The notes under the pieces were generated by a model. It was not told the DNA's origin and ran no database searches. It saw only the letters and a program-made list of their open reading frames with translations. DNA of 32,000 nt from Candidatus Pacearchaeota archaeon. GTDB lineage: Archaea > Nanobdellota > Nanobdellia > Pacearchaeales > UBA284. Shown here piece by piece: positions 27,697 through 32,000 of this stretch (position 1 is its first letter; each line of letters opens with the position of its first letter). The DNA is taken from positions 150,001 through 182,000 of the forward strand of contig CP061211.1 of the NCBI GenBank assembly GCA_026016245.1. The letters run 5' to 3'. The translations under genes and the position numbers were made by a program.

Positions 27697-29397
27697 ATGA
27701 GGGGAAAAGATGAACTTTATGAAAAATTATGCTTCTTATTTAGGCATAGAAACAAAAAAGAGTTTGAAGATTTAGAAAGAGAAATAGTTTATTCTTTCGG
27801 AATAAAAGACCCTTTTGGAGGAGTTAGACATGAGAGTCTTTTTTTAACTTCTATTTTGATGGGAGAGCCATTATATGAAGGGAATGAGGATTTCAGAGAA
27901 TTTTATTTAAGAGGGCTAAGATCTTGGTCTGAATTTTTAAAATATTTGAAATATTTACATGAAAATTTCAATATGCAGTTTCCGGTTATTCCTAGCGATG
28001 CAGATTTTAAAAGAACAATACTAGTAGATTGTAAAGATTCTATAGGATTAATTAAAATATTAAAAAAAGAATATAAAGAATATGACATACAGGTTCCAGA
28101 AATAAAGAAGATAGAAGAAAAAGGAGAACTTACAGTGCTTGATGAAATAAACTATAGATATAGTTTTAAGAATAATCCGCAGATTATAGAGCATGTAATA
28201 AGAATATTAAATGGAAATAAACAATTTTATGTTCCATTAATAAGAGATAGATTAGAGGAGATAAAACAAACAACTAGAAGAATAGAAAATAATGTATCTT
28301 TTGATTTATTTAAATATGGAAAATTTCTTTCTTCGATAGCTTCTAAATTAGGGATAGAAGTAGATGGTCATTTCTCAAGGAAAATAGATTATGCTCCACA
28401 AAAAATAACTTACTCAAAAAAGGAGGGATCTTCACATGTGATAGAAATAAAAGAAGAAAAGCAACGTTCACTTTTTGCAGAGATTATAATAAAGAGACAG
28501 GATCCTTTATCTCAATTTATAGAAGTAAAGAAAAATGGAGAAATATTGTCAAAAATTGCTTATGGTATTTATTTTTTTGGTAAAAATGGATTTGATATTG
28601 AGTATCCACAATTCACTTCTCTAGAAGGTAGATTAGAAGAAAAATTTGATCAAGTTAAACCTTCATTAATAAAAGTAATTAAAGAATTATTAGAAGGAAG
28701 GCAAAATCCCTTACCTTTTCACTTGGGTGATAACCAAATAGTTTCTTGGTTGGAGAGATTTATAAGACAAGACTATATAGAAGAACTCAGAAAAACACAA
28801 AATTTTGCATCCTCTGTTTTGAGTGATGATATAAATACCAGTATTATAAAAATCATTGAGGAGATAAATTACAAAAAGTGGCCAACAAAAACTCATAGTT
28901 ATCTTGGGACGCCAAAAAAATATGGTGTTTTCCTGCAAAAAATCTATGATAATACCTCATTAACATTTGTTTCTCTTCTTAGTAAAAACATTATAAATTA
29001 TGAAAAAGAAAATACGGGTACAAAATTAAGAAAAAGAATAGAGGAAATAGAAGAAAAAAAGAGAGATGTTACTAGATTATTAAGAGAACACGAGACTGCA
29101 TTGAAAGAGGCCTTGAAGAGTTTAGAGTCAGAAAAGAAAGAGAAAGTTTTCATGCTTAATTCTCTTTATAGCATGAAAGAATATGAAAAAAGATTAGAAA
29201 AATTGGAAAATGGAGAGAGAATTGAGATAGAACCCTTAAATACTAAATTATGGGCAGATGTTCCTTTTTATCATGTTGAAAAATACAGTAAAAAACTTCA
29301 TGATATTTGTGAAAAAGTGGACTCTAATATAAGAAGTTACAGATTTTATCCAGGCAAAAAAGTCTTTGGTAATAACAATCATACACAATGTTTTTAA
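27697..29397 (+). CDS. hypothetical protein with C-terminal coiled-coil
   Basis: 566 aa ORF; SD-like gagg before ATG; charged heptad region KLRKRIEEIEEKKRDVTRLLREHETALKEALKSLESEKKE. Confidence 0.7.
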   Translation: MRGKDELYEKLCFLFRHRNKKEFEDLEREIVYSFGIKDPFGGVRHESLFLTSILMGEPLYEGNEDFREFYLRGLRSWSEFLKYLKYLHENFNMQFPVIPSDADFKRTILVDCKDSIGLIKILKKEYKEYDIQVPEIKKIEEKGELTVLDEINYRYSFKNNPQIIEHVIRILNGNKQFYVPLIRDRLEEIKQTTRRIENNVSFDLFKYGKFLSSIASKLGIEVDGHFSRKIDYAPQKITYSKKEGSSHVIEIKEEKQRSLFAEIIIKRQDPLSQFIEVKKNGEILSKIAYGIYFFGKNGFDIEYPQFTSLEGRLEEKFDQVKPSLIKVIKELLEGRQNPLPFHLGDNQIVSWLERFIRQDYIEELRKTQNFASSVLSDDINTSIIKIIEEINYKKWPTKTHSYLGTPKKYGVFLQKIYDNTSLTFVSLLSKNIINYEKENTGTKLRKRIEEIEEKKRDVTRLLREHETALKEALKSLESEKKEKVFMLNSLYSMKEYEKRLEKLENGERIEIEPLNTKLWADVPFYHVEKYSKKLHDICEKVDSNIRSYRFYPGKKVFGNNNHTQCF

Positions 29398-29419
29398 ATA
29401 ATATTATAATAAAATTAAT

Positions 29420-30034
29420 ATGCCATTCAAACTAGATATAGGAGATCCAAAATCAAAAAAGACATTTCACATAGAAACAGCTAGTGAGATATTCATAGGA
29501 AAAAAGATTAGTGATACAGTAAAAGGAGATGCAATCAAAGAATTTCCTCTTTCAGATTATGAATTTACAATTACAGGAGCAACTGATAATGCCGGCTTCC
29601 CAGCTCTTTCTTTTATCGAAGGATCAGGAAGAAAAAAAGTTCTTCTAACTAGGGGCAAGGGTTTGAAAAGAGTAAGAAAAAAGAAAAAATCAAGAAAGCC
29701 TATTAAAGGACTGAGATTGAGAAAATCTGTTCATGGTAATATAATAGATGATGATATTTCTCAAATAAATCTAAAAGTCACAAAACAAGGAGCTAAATCT
29801 CTTGAAGAAATTTTTGGAAAAAAAGAAGAAGTGAAGGAAGAGAAAAAGGAAGAAAAGCCAGTAGAAAAGAAAGAAGAAGAAAAAGTTGAAGTAAAGCCAG
29901 AGGAAAAGAAGGAAGAGGCTAAGCCTGAAGAAAAACCCAAGGAAAAACCGAAAGAAGAGGAAAAACCAGAAGAAAAACCAGCTGAGAAGCCGAAGGAAGA
30001 AAAAGTAGAGGAGAAAAAGGAAGAGGCTAAGTAA
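29420..30034 (+). CDS. rps6e: ribosomal protein S6e with K/E/P-rich C-terminal extension
   Basis: MPFKLDIGDPKSKKTF...GFPALSF..SGRKKVLLTRGKG...LRLRKSVHGNIIDDDISQINLKV, followed by about 70 aa low-complexity tail. Confidence 0.92.
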   Translation: MPFKLDIGDPKSKKTFHIETASEIFIGKKISDTVKGDAIKEFPLSDYEFTITGATDNAGFPALSFIEGSGRKKVLLTRGKGLKRVRKKKKSRKPIKGLRLRKSVHGNIIDDDISQINLKVTKQGAKSLEEIFGKKEEVKEEKKEEKPVEKKEEEKVEVKPEEKKEEAKPEEKPKEKPKEEEKPEEKPAEKPKEEKVEEKKEEAK

Positions 30035-30089
30035 TTCTTGTAATTTAAAAGTAGTAAAATTTATAAGTAAGAAAGATTATCTTATTTCT

Positions 30090-30371
30090 ATGGCAATGTA
30101 CTATTCATTTATCTATAAAGTAGAAGGTCTTGAAGGAAAATACTTTTTAGACCATCGTTATGGAAAGAAAGGAGTTGCAGATTTTTTTAATTTGAAAGAA
30201 AGAAGAAAGGAAATTGAACAGATAGCATGTGTTATTAATTCTGATGATCATTTTAATGAATTAGAAGATATAGTTTTGAGAGCTACAAAAGGTGAAATTA
30301 ATGAAGAACAGCTAAGAAAAATGATCAAATTCATTCAAAATAAAATAGAACCTTTAAACCCAAAAAAATAA
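30090..30371 (+). CDS. hypothetical protein
   Basis: 93 aa ORF; TATA-like atttataag about 30 nt upstream. Confidence 0.6.
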   Translation: MAMYYSFIYKVEGLEGKYFLDHRYGKKGVADFFNLKERRKEIEQIACVINSDDHFNELEDIVLRATKGEINEEQLRKMIKFIQNKIEPLNPKK

Positions 30372-30372
30372 A

Positions 30373-31050
30373 ATGGCATTAGTACCTTTGATATTATATT
30401 TATTTTCGCAATTAATTTCTCCATTTCCCGGAGGACATCAGTATACAGTAAAAGAATATTATCCTGATTCTGATTCAGTTAAAGCTGTTAAAATTCTCAG
30501 AAATTATAAAAATAGAATGGAATGTGATTTTGTTACAGGACAGGCCACTCTTATAGTTGTGGATAATAATAAAGATATAAACCCAGATCAGTTATTTGTT
30601 TTAAGTAGGATAGGCAAAGGAGCAGCTGCCCAATATATACGCCCACAAGAACAAAAAGATGATTTTGAAGCTAGTAAAAAATTTATGCAAGAATTGTACA
30701 ATGATTATTATTATAATAAAGATAATACGCAAAAAAATAGAATTCCCGAATTTAGTTTGATGCCTGATGGAGGTTATCAATTTATAATATATGAGGATGA
30801 TGGAATTAAAATGCTAAGAAGTTTTGATAAAACCAATTCTGCAGAAGGTTGGTCTTTGAAAGATGACACTACTTTTGTTGTTTTAGATCAAGGTAGAGAT
30901 GGGAAACCAGAGTATGCAATAAAGATTGTGAATGGAAATGGAGAATATTATACTTTATCAAAACCAGAAAATTTTGAGGAAAGATATAAATCAGAGGATC
31001 TAATGAAAAAACTTTATAGAGAAGATAAAAAAGCAAGAGGGATTAAGTAA
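30373..31050 (+). CDS. hypothetical protein, possibly secreted
   Basis: 225 aa ORF, hydrophobic N-terminus MALVPLILYLFSQLISPFPGG; directly follows the 93 aa ORF. Confidence 0.6.
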   Translation: MALVPLILYLFSQLISPFPGGHQYTVKEYYPDSDSVKAVKILRNYKNRMECDFVTGQATLIVVDNNKDINPDQLFVLSRIGKGAAAQYIRPQEQKDDFEASKKFMQELYNDYYYNKDNTQKNRIPEFSLMPDGGYQFIIYEDDGIKMLRSFDKTNSAEGWSLKDDTTFVVLDQGRDGKPEYAIKIVNGNGEYYTLSKPENFEERYKSEDLMKKLYREDKKARGIK

Positions 31051-31081
31051 GATTTAAAAGTTTGAATTCTCTTTTTGTTTA

Positions 31082-32000
31082 GTGGTAGATAATAAGAATA
31101 AACAACCAGAATTGAATATTGGTTTAGTTGGACATATTGATCATGGTAAAACTACTCTACTTTATCAACTTACAGGGGTATGGAGTGATAAGCATAGTGA
31201 GGAATTGAAAAGAGGTATTACAATTAAGTTAGGTTATGCTGATTCTTTGATTAGAAAATGTGAAAAGTGTGGCAAGTTTACAACAAAGCCTGTTTGTGAA
31301 TGTGGTGGCAAAGTTTCTGAAATAAGGTATGTTAGTTTTGTTGATGCTCCTGGTCATGAAATGTTAATGGCAACTATGTTAGGAGGGGCTGCTATTATTG
31401 ATGCTGCCTTACTTGTCATAGCTGCTAATGAACCTTTTCCACAACCTCAGACAAAAGAACATCTACTTGCTCTAGAAGCTAAAGGAATTAGTCAAGTAAT
31501 AATTGTTCAGAATAAGCTTGATTTAATTACAAAAGAGGAAGCCAAGAAACAGTATGATGCAGTAAAGAAATTCATTAAAGGAACTATTGCTGAAAATGCC
31601 ACCATAATTCCTATTTGTGCTCAGCAAGGAATTAATATAGGGGCTTTACTTGAGGCTGTAACAAAATTAAAAATTCCTGAGCATGATACAATAAGCAAAC
31701 CTTTGTTCCTTATAGCTAGAAGTTTTGATGTTAACAAGCCAGGAACTAAACCAAAAGATCTCAGTGGGGGTATTCTTGGAGGCTCGCTTAAAAAAGGTAA
31801 ATTAAAGATTGGAGATATAATTGAAATTAAACCAGGACTGGCGAAAAAGAAACATGATAAAACTGAATATTATGCTATTAAGACAAAAATTACTGGACTT
31901 AGAGCTGGAGTAAACAAACTTAGCGAGGCTTTACCTTCTGGAAGCTTGGCAATTCAAACATCTCTTGATCCGCTGTTAGCAAAAGCAGACAGTCTTGCAG
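31082..32000 (+). CDS. eif2g: translation initiation factor aIF2 gamma subunit, partial (runs off window)
   Basis: own translation from GTG 31082: VVDNKNKQPELNIGLVGHIDHGKTTLLYQLTGVWSDKHSEELKRGITIKLGYAD, CxxC zinc knuckle CEKCGKFTTKPVCECGG, DAPGHE, NKLD; not in the supplied ORF track. Confidence 0.93.
   Translation, partial: MVDNKNKQPELNIGLVGHIDHGKTTLLYQLTGVWSDKHSEELKRGITIKLGYADSLIRKCEKCGKFTTKPVCECGGKVSEIRYVSFVDAPGHEMLMATMLGGAAIIDAALLVIAANEPFPQPQTKEHLLALEAKGISQVIIVQNKLDLITKEEAKKQYDAVKKFIKGTIAENATIIPICAQQGINIGALLEAVTKLKIPEHDTISKPLFLIARSFDVNKPGTKPKDLSGGILGGSLKKGKLKIGDIIEIKPGLAKKKHDKTEYYAIKTKITGLRAGVNKLSEALPSGSLAIQTSLDPLLAKADSLA

Noticed and set aside
1-32000. Search for CRISPR arrays, rRNA, tRNA genes and transposase/IS ends
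   Set aside because: No regularly spaced direct repeats, rRNA-like conserved blocks, recognisable tRNA cloverleaf or transposase ORF was seen by eye; a tool-based scan (tRNAscan-SE, Infernal) would be needed to exclude small RNA genes.

Overview
AT-rich 32 kb archaeal window, gene-dense. Lineage is inferred from aIF2-gamma, aIF5B, S6e, archaeal CCA-adding enzyme and AMP phosphorylase, plus TATA boxes about 30 nt upstream of many start codons; gene content and small gene sizes are DPANN-like, but no database was searched. Main content: three small secreted or acidic proteins; an nrdR-nrdD-nrdG class III ribonucleotide reductase operon in which nrdD carries two LAGLIDADG inteins and the promoter carries an NrdR-box-like tandem palindrome; a three-gene operon of Ca2+-type P-ATPase, GGDEF diguanylate cyclase and CaCA exchanger; a Kef-type antiporter with a TrkA-N domain; a run of AI-2E permease, AMP phosphorylase, two GNATs, a methyltransferase and the CCA enzyme; a MEMO family protein; aIF5B; a bacterial-type DnaG (CHC2 + TOPRIM); S6e with a long K/E/P-rich tail; and the 5' part of aIF2-gamma running off the window. 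No rRNA, tRNA or CRISPR array was recognised. The most interesting candidates are the cation-transport/c-di-GMP operon, the double-intein nrdD with its NrdR operator and possible AUU start, and the bacterial-type primase.
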